Source: Chrysomallon squamiferum
Lineage: Eukaryota > Animalia > Mollusca
Length of the DNA: 64,000 nt
Assembly (NCBI GenBank): GCA_012295275.1
Contig: CM022672.1
Span: 30,008,001-30,072,000, forward strand
Direction of reading: 5' to 3'
A model generated the notes under the pieces. That model was given only the letters and a program-made list of their open reading frames with translations. It did not search any database and had not been told where the DNA came from. Made by a program: the position numbers and the translations under genes. Positions 30,217 through 44,282 of this stretch are shown here, one piece after another; position 1 is the stretch's first letter; every line of letters starts with the position of its first letter.

Positions 30217-30971
30217 AACTCGCACGTTCTTTCTCGTTTAATTCATCTTGAAAGACACTTAGAACACTCAACTGTATGACTGCTGCAGATGTTGTCCACT
30301 GACTTTTTCACTTACTGTGCCACTTTATCTTGTTTTACATCTTGCATTTCACTGTTACTTTGGATACTGCTTTAGTAAAAAAAGCTTCGATTTCAAAACA
30401 GTTTTATACTACATTGAGGCAAATGAGACTAATGCTTCATACCGAAATTGTCGATTTTTAATTATATATTATATATATATATACACACAAACCCTTTATT
30501 TAAAAAATATAAAATATCGTCATGTTATTATTATTATTATTTTTTATTTATTTATTTATTTATGTGTTCATAATTTTTTAATTAATGATTATAAAATTTG
30601 TTCCCAATATAACAGCGACAGCTGTATTGCTGTGAAACACGTCCACACCCGACACCGCCCTAACTGGAAGTCACAGGCGGGGATTTTCAACACTAAACCA
30701 CTGAGGATGTTAGGATAATATTTCAAGTTTACTACCACATCATTTTCAGAAACTATTTTTGTCGGTATTAATATACATATTAAATTTTGTTAATATTCCT
30801 AATGACAGAAATTACAGGTGTTGTTACACTACCTACTTAATTACCTTTAAATGTGTAGCTGAAACTTAAAATCTCGTACCAGTTAATTTTTAAAAATAAA
30901 TGTAGTATTTTATTGTTGTTGTTGTTGCTTGTTTGTTTCTTTGTTTAGTTTTATATATATATAAATATATA

Positions 30972-31005
<34 letters not shown>

Positions 31006-31470
31006 CACACATATATATATATGTATATATACACACACATATATATATGTATATATACACACATATCTATATATGTATATATACACATATATATATGTAT
31101 GAGTTACTTCCCTTAAACTTAGTGACTTTACTTAGAATAATACAAAGAAATATATATATTATTAAGTTTACAAATTGGTGTTTCATTGGTGATTAACAAG
31201 TGATGAGGATAGTAACAATAATAGTAATAATAATAATAATAACAATAATAATAATAATAATAATAGTAACAATAATAGTAATAATAGTAATAATAACAAA
31301 TTGTGCACATTATTTATTTTAATTTACGTATATTTTATGTCTAATTATGTAAGTCACATATAAGTGACAACACGCGTTAACTCAGTAAAACACAAACAAA
31401 ATAAAAGAAAATGTGCGTACGTGCGTGAATGTTTCTGTTATAAAATAATAATGTTAAAGTATAATATTTC

Positions 31471-31519
31471 CTCCCCGGCGCGTGACAGTCGGAGATACTC
31501 AACTCTATACCACCGAGGA
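31471..31519 (-). pseudogene. tRNA-Asp pseudogene with T-arm deletion
   Basis: Plus strand CTCCCCGGCG|CGTGACAGTCGGAGATACTCAACTCTATACCACCGAGGA; about 23 nt including the B box deleted. Confidence 0.85.
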
Positions 31520-31621
31520 CTTACAAACAATACTGAAATTTAATACTGAAATGTAATACTGAAATTTAATACTGAAATTTAATGTCTCGTTACTGTTTTT
31601 TGTTCACAACTATTTCATGCT

Positions 31622-31860
31622 ATGTGATGAAATTTCACCTAACATTACATCTACACAAATATCTCGTTCCGTACATTTTTGTTGGATCGCGCGCTTTTGT
31701 GCTGAAGTGTTGCGAACTTCACACTTCTCTGAGCAGATATTAATTTCAGTTTATCACGAAACAAACATATCAGTGTGTGACAGGGTGTTCTTTTAAAAAA
31801 CGTTTAGATTTCTTTTGTAACATAATTATGCTACAGGCCTTGCACTAGATTAATCCGGCC
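31622..31860. mobile_element. hAT-like MITE, right part (ends TTAATCCGGCC)
   Basis: Homologous to 51324-51543; its terminus is complementary to CAGTGCCGGATTAA at 51238. Confidence 0.55.
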
Positions 31861-32201
31861 AACGTGTATGGGTGTGCGCGTGTGCGTTTGTGTTTATTTG
31901 TTTTTAATTAGTTAACTATATAACTCACTATTCCTTTTATATTCCTTTTCTGTTGGTTTCAAGTTACATCCCTAGCCTCAACAATGATCGGTGGCCAGAT
32001 CACTTCTGTTCTCTTGTTTTACCAGTACTAGCTTGTCAAAGACTGTCTGTATATTTCTATGTTTGTGTGTGTCAAATCTACGCCCATCATCCACCTGTTA
32101 TAATATACTTTAATAAAATACCACAATTTGAGAAATTAAAATACTGCGCTTACAATTAAACTAACTATTCGACGAAGGCCGTGCTCTGTGGGGGGAAAAG
32201 A

Positions 32202-32226
32202 TGACGTCAACAACTGACTGACGTCA
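32202..32226. promoter_or_regulatory. Paired CRE palindromes (TGACGTCA-N9-TGACGTCA) ~250 bp 3' of tRNA-Asp
   Basis: Also at 51614-51638; versions with one perfect and one near-perfect site at 16248-16272 and 18214-18238. Function is inferred only. Confidence 0.4.
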
Positions 32227-32476
32227 TTCACGGATGCAGCTTTATTAGATGCGGTCGCAGTTTCTGTTTCGTCTCAAAAAGATAAGTAAATAAATTAATT
32301 AATTGATTGATTAATTAATACTAGAAAATATTATATTTGAAACGCCATTGAATATTACGTCTAGAAAAATTAGAAAGTTATCTCCATTACAATATCCCAT
32401 AAAATTAATATTAAGACAAAAACAATCAATGTATTCAATAATAAAAATTTTGAAAAGAAAATAATGAAAATGTATC

Positions 32477-32548
32477 CTACCCGGCGGGGAATTGAACCCC
32501 GGTCTCCGGCGTGACAGGCGGGGATACTCACCACTATACTACCGAGGA
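32477..32548 (-). tRNA. trnD-GTC: tRNA-Asp (GTC) variant with two stem substitutions, possibly non-functional
   Basis: Full length with A/B boxes intact. Anticodon 3' stem GCCGG instead of GCGGG; acceptor end GGGTAG instead of GGGGAG. Confidence 0.8.
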
Positions 32549-32795
32549 CGTTACAATAAACTTTGAAATTTAATACCACATTACTTTCATGTTTCAAAAA
32601 CTATTTTTATTGATATTAAAATTTATATTAAATTTTGTTTATATTCCCAATGACAAACTACATGTGTTGCTACCGTAATTACCTACTTAATTACCTTGTA
32701 GCTAAAATTTTCAATCTCGCTACACTAGTTAATTTCTTAGTTTTTGTTTGTTTGTTGTTGTTTTGGGTTTCTTGGGGACTGTTGTATATTTTCCC

Positions 32796-32857
<62 letters not shown>

Positions 32858-33803
32858 GCTAGAAGATCATATGAAATACCATTGTTTACTATCAAGTTCT
32901 GCAAAGACTGACATTCCTTGTTTATTATCAAATCCGGGAAGATAACATTTATCCAGCTTGTAAAGCATTTTATTCGTTTTAATTGTATTCAGAGTAACAA
33001 AAACAACAAAACGTGTTCTCAGCTTGAATTCCAGATTTATTAACTTATCCAGTTTACTAATGACATAATCATAAACGCTTTACACCGTGTCGTAAATAAT
33101 ATTTTAATTTTTATATATAAAGTAATGACTATATTTTTGTATTTACCTGTGGTTTAACACTCAGTTGCCGATATGCTCTTTTTTTTCGTGCTGGAAGGGT
33201 CGACAAACATTCGTTAATTCCTTCATTCTAGTATGAGTTATTTCCCCTAAACTTAGCCACTTTACTTGAATTAATTTTTTTTTCTTCAAATAACTTATAA
33301 AATAATAATAATCATAATTACAATAATAATAATAAACAGTTTTACACATTATTTACTGTAATTTACACACATATATATGTCTTATTGTGTAAGTCATATT
33401 TAAATAACAACACGCTGTTGACTCAGTAACACACCTCACAAAATAAAACAAATGTGTGTAGATACGTGTATGTTTGTGTGCGTTTGTGTGTGTATATAAT
33501 ACATATGTGATCGCGCGTGTGTGTGTGTTTCAATTTGTGTGTATGTGTGTGTGTGTGTATGTGTGTGCTTGTACTTAGTAAGTTAACATATTTAACTCAC
33601 CTTTCCTTTTACATTTCTTTTCTGACGTTTAGTAATTACACAGCAAACCTCTAGAATATCAGTCACTGAACATTAACTCTAGAACAGTTAGTAACAGTTA
33701 CTCCTTTATCTTATAAAATTAATATTTATTAAAACAAAATTAAACAAATAAATATATTAAATAATAAAAAGAATATACAGTAATAATAAAACAAAACTAA
33801 GTC

Positions 33804-33875
33804 CTTCCCGGCAGGGAATTGAACCAAGGTCTCCCGAGTGACAGGCGGGGATACTCACCACCATACTACCCAGGA
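33804..33875 (-). pseudogene. tRNA-Asp pseudogene (about 7 substitutions, T-stem disrupted)
   Basis: Plus strand CTTCCCGGCAGGGAATTGAACCAAGGTCTCCCGAGTGACAGGCGGGGATACTCACCACCATACTACCCAGGA. Confidence 0.85.
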
Positions 33876-33889
33876 TGTTATACCAAAGT

Positions 33890-34665
33890 TTGGTCAAGAA
33901 ACGCGAAACAGATGACGATATACCTCTGTACTACGTTTCCATTGACACAACTTTTGAGATAATCAAGCGCGCACACATCTCAACAGGCCAGAAAGAACTA
34001 TCGAAAAAATATGTGAATTTGACACGTGAATCTATCGAACTGTTCATGTCGCTATGCATGGACTGTCAACAGAAATGGCTAAAAACGAAAGTAGTGGTCG
34101 TCCAACCTGTTCTGACCAAGGAGTTTTCATCACGTGGCCAAGTGGATTTTGTAGACATGCAGTCCTTACCCTTTGAAAAGGACAAGTGGATCATGGTTTA
34201 CCGGGACCTTTTGACCAGGTTCTGTATTCTCAGGCCTCTCACTTCGAAGCATGACAACGGATCCGAGTTTCCAGCTGTTTTAGTAAGGAACTGATGGAAT
34301 TTTGCACTGAGTTGGTTATTCTGCACGGGAAACCAAGACATCCCCAAATCCATGGCTCTGTAGAGCGGGCAAACTCAGACATTAAAGACGTGACAGTAGC
34401 GTGGATGAGCGAGAACGATACAATGGACTGGAGTGTAGCTATCAAATTTGTTCAATTCAGGAAGAACTGAAGCTCCAAACTGAAGTTGTGTTGTGTTGAA
34501 GAAGGAGACAACGTCGCTGTGCCTGTTTCAGCCTGGGAGTGATCGCAGAGGTTGACGATCATGGACAGCTTACCCATCCGGAATTCTGAAAGCCAAATAT
34601 TACAGGAACCAGTTTGATGTGTATTATTGGATGACGTCTTGTAGAGCAACAATGTCAAATGAGTC
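33890..34665 (+). mobile_element. KRBA2-like integrase transposon internal fragment
   Basis: ORF 33875-34294 includes IIKRAHISTGQKELSKKYVNLTRESIELFMSLCMDCQQK (Zn-binding remnant) and RGQVDFVDMQ...DNGSEF; continues after a frameshift with HGKPRHPQIHGSVERAN. Confidence 0.88.
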
Positions 34666-34824
34666 ATATATATCTTGCTTTGAGATCAAGCCAGCAGACA
34701 GCTTCTGAAGCAATCTTACAATTGATTATTATTAGCGTTTATCAAGATGAATTAAAGTACAGAGAGCATTAAAGATATGAATTTTTCTAAATGTGACCAT
34801 TTGTCCTTTTTCCTATTAGTGATG

Positions 34825-34946
<122 letters not shown>

Positions 34947-35774
34947 ATTGAAACTGTTAAATCTATTTAAATAATAATTCGGAATGCACTTAAATAATCT
35001 TGCACACTCGAACATTCTAAATTTAGGTATAAAAAACACTAATCAACAAGTAGTTTGTCTGCGAACATGTGTAAAAGAGAGAAACGTACAAAGAGATATA
35101 GAACAGAAAGAAAGGTAGATGGTGAAAAACTGACAAAAGTTGAAATGTTATCGCTTACAGGTGTCACAACTTGCAGAGTTCTTCTCTGACTGGGTGTAAA
35201 ACGAGTGAAATATCTGACTCCCTTCCAAATGAAGAAATAAAAATAGTGATTATAAATAAATAAATAAATAGTATAATAATATAATATAATGTAATATAAT
35301 ATAATATATAAGTATGTACTGTTAAACGTAACAGTAAGTATCGGGTGAGACAAAGCATAAAATATCTCAAGTACGTCGTGTGTGTGTTAGTGTGTGTTTG
35401 TATTGTATTGAATGTGAGTATCAGGACACATCGACCTGAGCGCTTAAGTCGGTGCACCCTTAGTGTATATAGATCTAAACGAAACAACTGTCACTTTGAT
35501 CAAAATTTAATACTGCCACAAAAGCAATCTATGAAAGGTTTTGACAATATCGTGAACCACTCACAAATCTGTTATTTGTGATCATGAAGCTTCAAATAAA
35601 ACCATGCCTATAAAAAAGTTCCCCACATGACAGCACAGATTTTTTAAAAACAATTTACCATAAAAACTTGATGAAAATTACTCCTGAACATGCGAGTGCT
35701 TGTAATAATCTGGAACTAAATGTTTGGAGTTTGTAATTTGAGTAATAATATTTCTTTAATAATCATTAAAATTC

Positions 35775-35830
<56 letters not shown>

Positions 35831-36283
35831 GTTTTATTGTCAAGGCGCTGTTTTCTTGCGCGCTTATGTCGTTCCACCTAGTATCAGTTCACCTTGCAGC
35901 TCTGAATGTTATTTATTCTGTTTTAAATACCGTAAAGTACACACACAAACATACACGTGAACATAAACACTGCATACCATTCTTTACTAAATAGAATAAT
36001 AGGTTTGTGTAGTGTTAACTCATTTTGCTGTATATGTATATACAAGTACAAGTAGGCACAAAAGTTCTCTTTCTTTTTTCTTTTTTTTCTTTTTGTTGTT
36101 GTTGTTGTTTTGTTGGTTATTACAAAACATGACAGCATTCATATGGTTTCCATTGTCTGCTGAGTTGTTTACTGTGAAAATTTTAACGGGAAAAACTCTG
36201 TTCTTGGAAATTAACATTTTCGAGCAATATCATGTGACACGATTAGTGAGAACAGTAATCAAAGAAATAGCAAAAAAAAAAAA

Positions 36284-36317
<34 letters not shown>

Positions 36318-36856
36318 CATTAATTTTATTTTTAAAGTACATAAATAAACAAGTAAATAATAAAACAAATAAATAAAAATTATAATAATAAATAACTGCT
36401 ACCACTATTTCTATTAATAATAATTACAATAATAAGAATAATAATAGTGTTAATAACAACAACAATAACAATAATAATAATAATAATAAGTTTAAACCAG
36501 TTGTTGTAATTTGTTTTAACTGATATGTTATTGAACGTGACACCATTCATGTCATGCTTACGTCAAGTGCTATGAAAAGAAAAGCTGGAAAAACCCAATT
36601 CTTGGAAATTAAAAGTTTCGGGGAAACTTCAGTTAACGGCCTTAAGGAAACACCACTGATCACAATAATCACCTCAGAAATAAACAAAGAAAGAAAGAAA
36701 ATTACTACTACTGCTACTACTGTTACGTCTACTGCTTCTAGTACCGACATTACTACTGCCATTATTACTATTACTGCTACTCTAATAATAATAATACTCA
36801 GAAGAAGCAGAACAACAACAGCAACAATAACCATTACAATAATAATAATGCATATA

Positions 36857-36887
<31 letters not shown>

Positions 36888-37318
36888 TATTGTTGGAAAA
36901 GATAAAAGCATTTTTGAACTGAATCAATGTTTATGAAAAAAACAAAAGAAAGAAAGAAAAAGAAAAAAAAAGATAGTTACATTATTTACTATACTGTTAA
37001 TCCTCCATATATATTTTGTAACTTTATTTTTTCCAATGATTATAATTCTAATATACAAATATAATTAGCGATTATTGCTTGCAATGTTATATATTAAAAA
37101 AAAAAAAAAAAAACAAGATGATGCAAACAATATTTATTTAGTGCCAAGTAAATATAACTGTTTATGGCGAATTAACCAAATTTGTTTCATGAAAAATCAA
37201 AGATTTATTTTAAGGCTAAAACGAAATCCTATGAAATTCATTTTGTTTCAAAAGTGATAAAAACGTGTAGTTTAGTCTTTCTTCTTTATTCTTCTTCTCG
37301 AGCTGGAATTAGGAAACA

Positions 37319-37719
37319 TCATTCCGACTGTTCTTTCCTTTTCTTCTCTTTTCTTTTTCGAAACCAGCAGATTAAACGAACAACAGCACCAACACAAGCC
37401 AAGACACTTTTCACCTGAAAACATTGAAAATATTATAAATAAAATATAATGAAACGAAATAAATAAGTAAGTAAGTAAATAAGCAAATAAATAAAATATA
37501 ATGAAATGAAATAAATAAGTAAGTAAGTAAATAAATAAGTAAATAAGTAAATAAATAAATAAATGATGATGATAACTCACTTTATCTACCTGTCCACTTA
37601 TTTCAAAACCATAACGACACCAGTTAGCTAAATGTTCACAGTTTTTAGAAAGAAGATTGTATCCAAATGGTCCAACTTCAGATAACGCTCTCTTGACAAT
37701 ATTCTCTTTTGATAGTGGA
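37319..37719 (-). pseudogene. PLAAT: PLAAT-like copy C: orphan but open exon 3-4 cassette
   Basis: Exon 3 (37590-37719) PLSKENIVKRALSEVGPFGYNLLSKNCEHLANWCRYGFEISGQ; exon 4 (37319-37414) VKSVLACVGAVVRLICWFRKRKEKKRKEQSE-stop, with an in-frame 30-nt deletion. Splice sites intact. Confidence 0.75.
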
Positions 37720-37935
37720 CTGAAATTATAATGCAGTAATTCAGATGATAAAATAAATTTTAAAATAAATTTGTATATAAATAAATAAATAAAACAAATT
37801 ACACAGACAACTGGTTTAAATTTTTTTTTTTATTATCATCATCATCATTATTATTGTTAATGCTATTATTATTATTATTATTATTATTAATACTATTATT
37901 ATTGCTATTAATATTAGTAGTACTATTATTATTAC

Positions 37936-37966
<31 letters not shown>

Positions 37967-38502
37967 TGTTTATTCAAATTATAATAATTTGCTTATTGCT
38001 ATAGTTATTTTTTAATAGAAGCAGAAGTAGCAGTAGTTTATATATATTTTGTATTAATTAATTATGTTATTGATTTAATGATTTATTGGTTTATTATAAA
38101 ACGTCCACTTGCATATTTTTGTTCTAATCCTGTCGCTGTTATATTGGGAACAATTTTAATAATCATTATTTAAAAAATTACGAACAAATAAATAAAAAAT
38201 AATAATAACATGATGATATTCTAATATTCTTTTTAAATAAAGGGTTTATGTACATATATATATAATTAAAAATCGTCAATTTCGGTATGAAGCATTTGCC
38301 TCATTTGCCTCAATGTAGTATAAAATTGTTTTGAGATCGAAGCTCTTTTTACTTACACTAAAGCAGTACCCAAAGTTACAGTAAAATGCAAGATGAGTTG
38401 GCACAGTAAGTGAAAAAAGTCAGTGGACAACATCTGCAGCAATCTTATAATTCAGTGTTCTAAGCCTCTTTAAGATGAATTAAACTACAAAGAACATGCG
38501 AG

Positions 38503-38599
<97 letters not shown>

Positions 38600-39505
38600 T
38601 GTAAATATAACTGAAACTGTTAAATTTATTTAAATAATAATTCGGAATGCACTTAAATAATCTTGCACACTCGAACATTCTAAAATTAGGTATAAAAAAC
38701 ACTAATCAACAAGTAGTTTGTCTGCGAGAATGTGCAAAAGAGAGAAACGTACAAAGAGATATAGAACAGGAAGAAAGGTAGATGGTGAAAAACTGACAAC
38801 AGTTGAAATGTTATCGTTAACAGGTGTGGCAACTTGAATAGTTCTCCTCTGACTGGGTGTAAAACGAGTGAAATATCTGACTCCCTTCCAAATGAAGAAA
38901 TACAAATAGTGATTATAAATAAATAAATAAATAAATAGTATAATAATATAATATAATATAACATAATATATAAGTATGTGCTGTTAAACGTAACAGTAAG
39001 TATCGGGCGAGACAATGCATAAAATATCTCAAGTACGTCGTGTGTGTGTTAGTGTGTGTTTGTATTGTATTGAATGTGAGTATCAGGACACATCGACCTG
39101 AGCGCTTAAGTCGGTGCACCCTTAGTGTATATAGATCTAAACGAAATAACCGTCACTTTGATCAAAATTTAATACTTCCACAAAAGCAATCTATGAAAGG
39201 TTTTGACAATATCGTGGGCAACTCACAAATCTGTTATTTGTGATCATGAAGCTTCAAATAAAAGCACGCCTACAAGAAAGTTCCCGACATGACAGCACAG
39301 ATTTTTTTTAAAACAATTTACCATAAAAACTTGATGAAAATTACTCCTGAACCAAAATAGAGTTTACTTCCCAGAAGGGACAGTTGCATGAATCTGTAGA
39401 TGGATTCATTTATCGTTTTGACAGAAACCTATGAGTGCTTATAAAAATTTGGAATTAAATGTTTGAAGTTTGTAATTAGTGTACTAATGTTTCTTAAATA
39501 ATCAT

Positions 39506-39542
<37 letters not shown>

Positions 39543-40086
39543 GTTTTATTGTCAAGGGACTGTTTACTTGCGCGCTTATGTCGTTCCACCTAGTATCAGT
39601 TCACCTTGCAGCTCTGAATGTTATTTATTATCTGTTTTAAATACCGTAAAGTACACACACAAACATACACGTGAACATAAACACAGCACACCATTCTTTA
39701 CTAAATAGAATAATAGGTTTGTATAGTGTTAACTCATTTTGCTGTACATGTATATACAAATAGCACACAAAGATACACGTGAACATAAACATAGCACACC
39801 ATTCTTTACTAAACAGAATAATAGGTTTGTATAGTGTTAACTCATTTTGCTATACATGTATTTACAAGTACAAGTAGGCACAAGAGTTTTCTTTCTTTTT
39901 TTCTTCTTTTTGTTGTTGTTGGTTTTTTTTATTACAAAACATGACAGCATTCATGTGGTTTCCATGTTCTGCTGAGTTGTTTACTGTGAAAATTTTAACG
40001 GGAAAAACTCTGTTCTTGGAAATTAACATTTTCGAGCAATTTCCTGTGACACGATTAGTGAGAACATTAACCAAAGAAATAGCAAA

Positions 40087-40143
<57 letters not shown>

Positions 40144-41079
40144 AACACTAATTTTATTTTTAAACTACATAAATAAATAAGTAACAAAACAGACATATAA
40201 AAATAATAATAATAAATAACTGCAAGTACTCTTTCTATTAATAATAATTACAATAAAAAGTTTAAACCAGTTGGCTGTGTGATTTGTTTTAACTGATCTG
40301 TTATTGAACGTGACAGCATTCATGTCATGCTTACGTCATGTACTATGTAAAGAAAAGCTGGAAAAACCCAATTCTTGGAAATTAAAAGTTTCGGGGAAAC
40401 TTCAGTTAACGGCCTTAAGGAAGCACCACTGATCATAATAATCACCTCAGAAATAAACAAAGAAAGAAAGAAAGAAAATTACTACTACTGCTACTACTGC
40501 TACTACTGTTACGTCTACTGCTGTTAGTACCGACATTACTACTGCCATTATTACTATTACTGCTACTCTAATAATAATAATACTCAGAAGAAGCAGAACA
40601 ACAACAGTAACAACAACCATAACAATAATAATAATGCATATAATAATAATAATAATAATATACATATTGCTTGAAAAGATAAAAGCATTTTTGAACTGAA
40701 TCAATGCTTATGAAAAAAAGAAAAGAAACAAAGAAAAGAAAAGATAGTTACATTATTTACTGTACTGTTAATCCTCCATATATATTTTGTAACTTTTTTT
40801 TCCAGTGATTATAATTCTAATATACTAAATATAATTAGCGATTATTGCTTGCAATGTTATATATTAAAAACAAACCAAAATGACGCAAACAATATTTATT
40901 TAGTGCCAACTAAATATAACTGTTTATCGCAAATTAACCAAATTTGTTTCATGAAAAATCAAAGATTTATTTTAAGGCTAAAACCAAATCCTATGAAATT
41001 CATTGTTTTCAAAAGTAACAAAAACGTGTAGTTTAGTCTTTCTTCTTTATTCTTCTTCTCGAGCTGGAATTAGGAAACA

Positions 41080-41205
41080 TCATTCCGACTGTTCTTTCCT
41101 TTTCTTCTCTTTTCTTTTTTGAAACCAATAGATTAAACCAGCAACAGCAACAACACAAACCACGACACCTACACCCACAGCGGCACAAGTTGCAACAGTT
41201 TTCAC
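41080..41205 (-). CDS. PLAAT: PLAAT/HRASLS-like phospholipase A/acyltransferase copy D, exon 4 (TM anchor plus basic tail)
   Basis: ttttcag acceptor; VKTVATCAAVGVGVVVCVVAVAGLIYWFQKRKEKKRKEQSE-TGA. Confidence 0.88.
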   Translation of the reverse strand: MKTVATCAAVGVGVVVCVVAVAGLIYWFQKRKEKKRKEQSE

Positions 41206-41322
41206 CTGAAAACAATGAAAATATTATAAGTAGAATATAATGAAATCAAATAAATAAGTAAGTAAATAAATAAATAAATAAATAAATAAATGATGATGAT
41301 GATGATAACTCAGTTTATTTAC

Positions 41323-41452
41323 CTGTCCACTTACTGCAACACCATAACGACAGAAGGTAACGAAATGTTCACAGTTGTGAGAAAGAAGATTGTATCCAAC
41401 TGGTCCAATATTAGATAACGCTCTACTGATAGTTTCCCTCTTTGGTAGTGGA
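41323..41452 (-). CDS. PLAAT: PLAAT-like copy D, exon 3 (catalytic NCEHF)
   Basis: atttcag acceptor, CAG|gtaaat donor; PLPKRETISRALSNIGPVGYNLLSHNCEHFVTFCRYGVAVSGQ. Confidence 0.92.
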
Positions 41453-41890
41453 CTGAAATTATAATGCAGTAATTCAGATTATAAAATAAATTTTAAAATA
41501 AATTTGTATACAAATAAATAAATAAATAAATAAATGATGATGATGATAACTCAGTTTATTTAGCTGCCCTATTTTTTCAACATCACAACGACATCAGTTT
41601 TGATGAAAAAAAAAGGTTGTATATAAATATTCGTTTCTGAAGCTTTCCCTTCTGTAAACCATATTAATAACATAATACAAACTGATGTTTAAAAAATCGA
41701 GATGTGTCTTTCATTCTAAATCTGCAGTCTGATGTAATTTTTAATTATCTCATATCTTTATATCAGCTACATATTCCTTAGTCTTCAATACAATAACAAC
41801 AATAACAATAATAATATTTTAAAAATCCAAACGAGAAACAAATATATATTAATTTATTACATCAGTCGTTGCTTAGTTTGATCTACTCAC

Positions 41891-42071
41891 TTGAATTTGC
41901 AGTCAAAGGCATTGTTCCTGTAGATTCTACTACCACCAGCAGCATCCCATATGTTCTCTATCTTTACCCGGGCCTTGTTAAATGTTTTACCGGCAACTGA
42001 CAAAGAATGGTGTACATTGCTGTTCATGCGGCCTCCGATTTGTCCGGTTACGTGAACAATTTCCTCACCAC
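41891..42071 (-). CDS. PLAAT: PLAAT-like copy D, exon 2
   Basis: tctcccag acceptor, AA|gtgagt donor; GGEEIVHVTGQIGGRMNSNVHHSLSVAGKTFNKARVKIENIWDAAGGSRIYRNNAFDCKF. Confidence 0.92.
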
Positions 42072-42255
42072 CTGGGAGAATAATTAAGACTTGCTATCAA
42101 AGTTGTAACAAAACCAGATTAACATTGGCGTCAGATATATAAGTTTACCTATTTACAGTTAACAATAGCAAAGAAATGACTCACTCAACAGACTGGACCA
42201 TCGGGCTACTGGGAAAACTGAACAAATCCATCACTTTAGAAACAATGAGGAGCAA

Positions 42256-42302
<47 letters not shown>

Positions 42303-42312
42303 ATAATAATAG

Positions 42313-42345
<33 letters not shown>

Positions 42346-42390
42346 CAGAAATACATAGAATCATTACACAGATGTATATGACATAGTTAC

Positions 42391-42490
42391 CTTTATAAAC
42401 TGCCCAGTGAGAGTATACACCTCTTGGAATCTCGATTAAATCGCCGGGTTCAAGACAAGATACGTTCCTTCTCGTAATAAGTAATGACAT
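42391..42490 (-). CDS. PLAAT: PLAAT-like copy D, exon 1 (H-box); spliced gene is an intact 178-aa protein
   Basis: MSLLITRRNVSCLEPGDLIEIPRGVYSHWAVYK, G|gtaact donor. Exons total 100+181+130+126 = 537 nt. PGDLIE, HWAVY, VH and NCEHF motifs define the LRAT/HRASLS (NlpC/P60) family. Confidence 0.92.
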
Positions 42491-42719
42491 TCTCCTCGGC
42501 AATCGGGTATTTTACATTAAAAACCTCCAGTTTAACACTGTGCCTCTACGCAAAACGCTGTGTTCATATAACTGCTCTTCCATTGTGTTTATTTATCCAA
42601 CTGGAAATATCTGTTTCTTCGAGAATAGTCTTATAACACGAACGTTCAAGTTACAACTTGTAAAGACCTACATTTCATTCAAAACCCACGCATTATCTAA
42701 GTCCATATCATAGATATTT

Positions 42720-42976
42720 GTGTGCCTACTTGTATTTGTATATACATGTATAGCAAAATGAGTTAACACTACACAAACCTATTATTCTATTTAGTAAAGA
42801 ATGGTATGCAGTGTTTATGTTCACGTGTATGTTTGTGTGTGTACATTACGGTATTTAAAACAGAATAAATAACATTCAGAGCTGCAAGGTGAACTGATAC
42901 TAGGTGGGACGACATAAGCGCGCAAGTAAACAGCGCCTTGACAATAAAACATTTCTTCTTCTTCTTCTTCTTCTTC

Positions 42977-43035
<59 letters not shown>

Positions 43036-44190
43036 TTAATGATTATTTAAGAAACACTGCTACACTAATTACAAACTTCAAACATTTAGTTCCAAATTAT
43101 TATAAGCACTCCTAGGTTTCTGTCAAAACGATAAATGAATCCATCCACACATTTATGCAACTGACCCTTCTGGGAAGTAAACTCTATTTTGGTTGAGGAG
43201 TAATTTTCATCAAGTTTTTATGGTAAATTGTTTTTAAAAAATCTGTGCGGTCATGTCAGGAACTTTCTTGTAGACGTGCTTTTATTTGAAACTTCAGGAT
43301 CACAAATAACAGATTTGTGAGTGGTTCACGATATTGTCAAAACCTTTCATAGATTGCTTTTGTGGCAGTATTAAATTTTGATCAAAGTGACGGTTATTTC
43401 GTTTAGATCTATATACACTAAGGTGCACCGACTTAAGCGCTCAGGTCGATGTGTCCTGATACTGACATTCAATACAATACAAACACACACTAACACACAC
43501 ACGACGTACTTGAGATATTTTATGCTTTGTCTCACCCATACTTACTGTTACGTTTAACAGTACATACTGCAAACGAACCGTTATACTTATTAAATTAAAT
43601 ACGAATAAATTAAAATTGAGTTATATACTGTAACACTATTTCCATTGTTTATATCAATACAAGCATATAATCATATAATATAACGTTATATTATATTATA
43701 TTAAAAAAATGTTATTTTAATTATTTATTTATTATCAATATTTTTATTTCTTCATTTGGAATGGCGCCAGATGTTTCACTCACTATTATCAAATATCAAG
43801 ATTGTTTGACACCAAATCAAAGAAGCACAATGCAAGCTGCTACACCTGTATGAGACAACTTTTCAACTGTTGTCAACTATTCACCCATCTACCTAGCTTC
43901 CTGTTCCATATCTCTTTATCCGTTTCACTCTTTTGAACATGCTCGCAGACAAACCTATTTGTTCATTGATGGTTTATTGATACCTAATTTTATAAAATTT
44001 ACGTGTACAACACTATTTAGTTTCATTCAGTAATATTATTTAAATACATTTCACAGTTCTAGTTACATTTACATTTAACAATAATATATTATTTAACACT
44101 GAACAGTGTTTTGTATGTGAAACTTTAACTATATTATTTAAATATAAATTTAACAGTAATCTAAATACACATCAAAAAGTTGTTGTTCTT

Positions 44191-44282
<92 letters not shown>

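Noticed and set aside
33875-34294. A domesticated KRBA2/SCAND3 host gene
   Set aside because: No KRAB or SCAN domain, shared internal deletions, downstream frameshift and TIRs on a sister copy indicate transposon debris.
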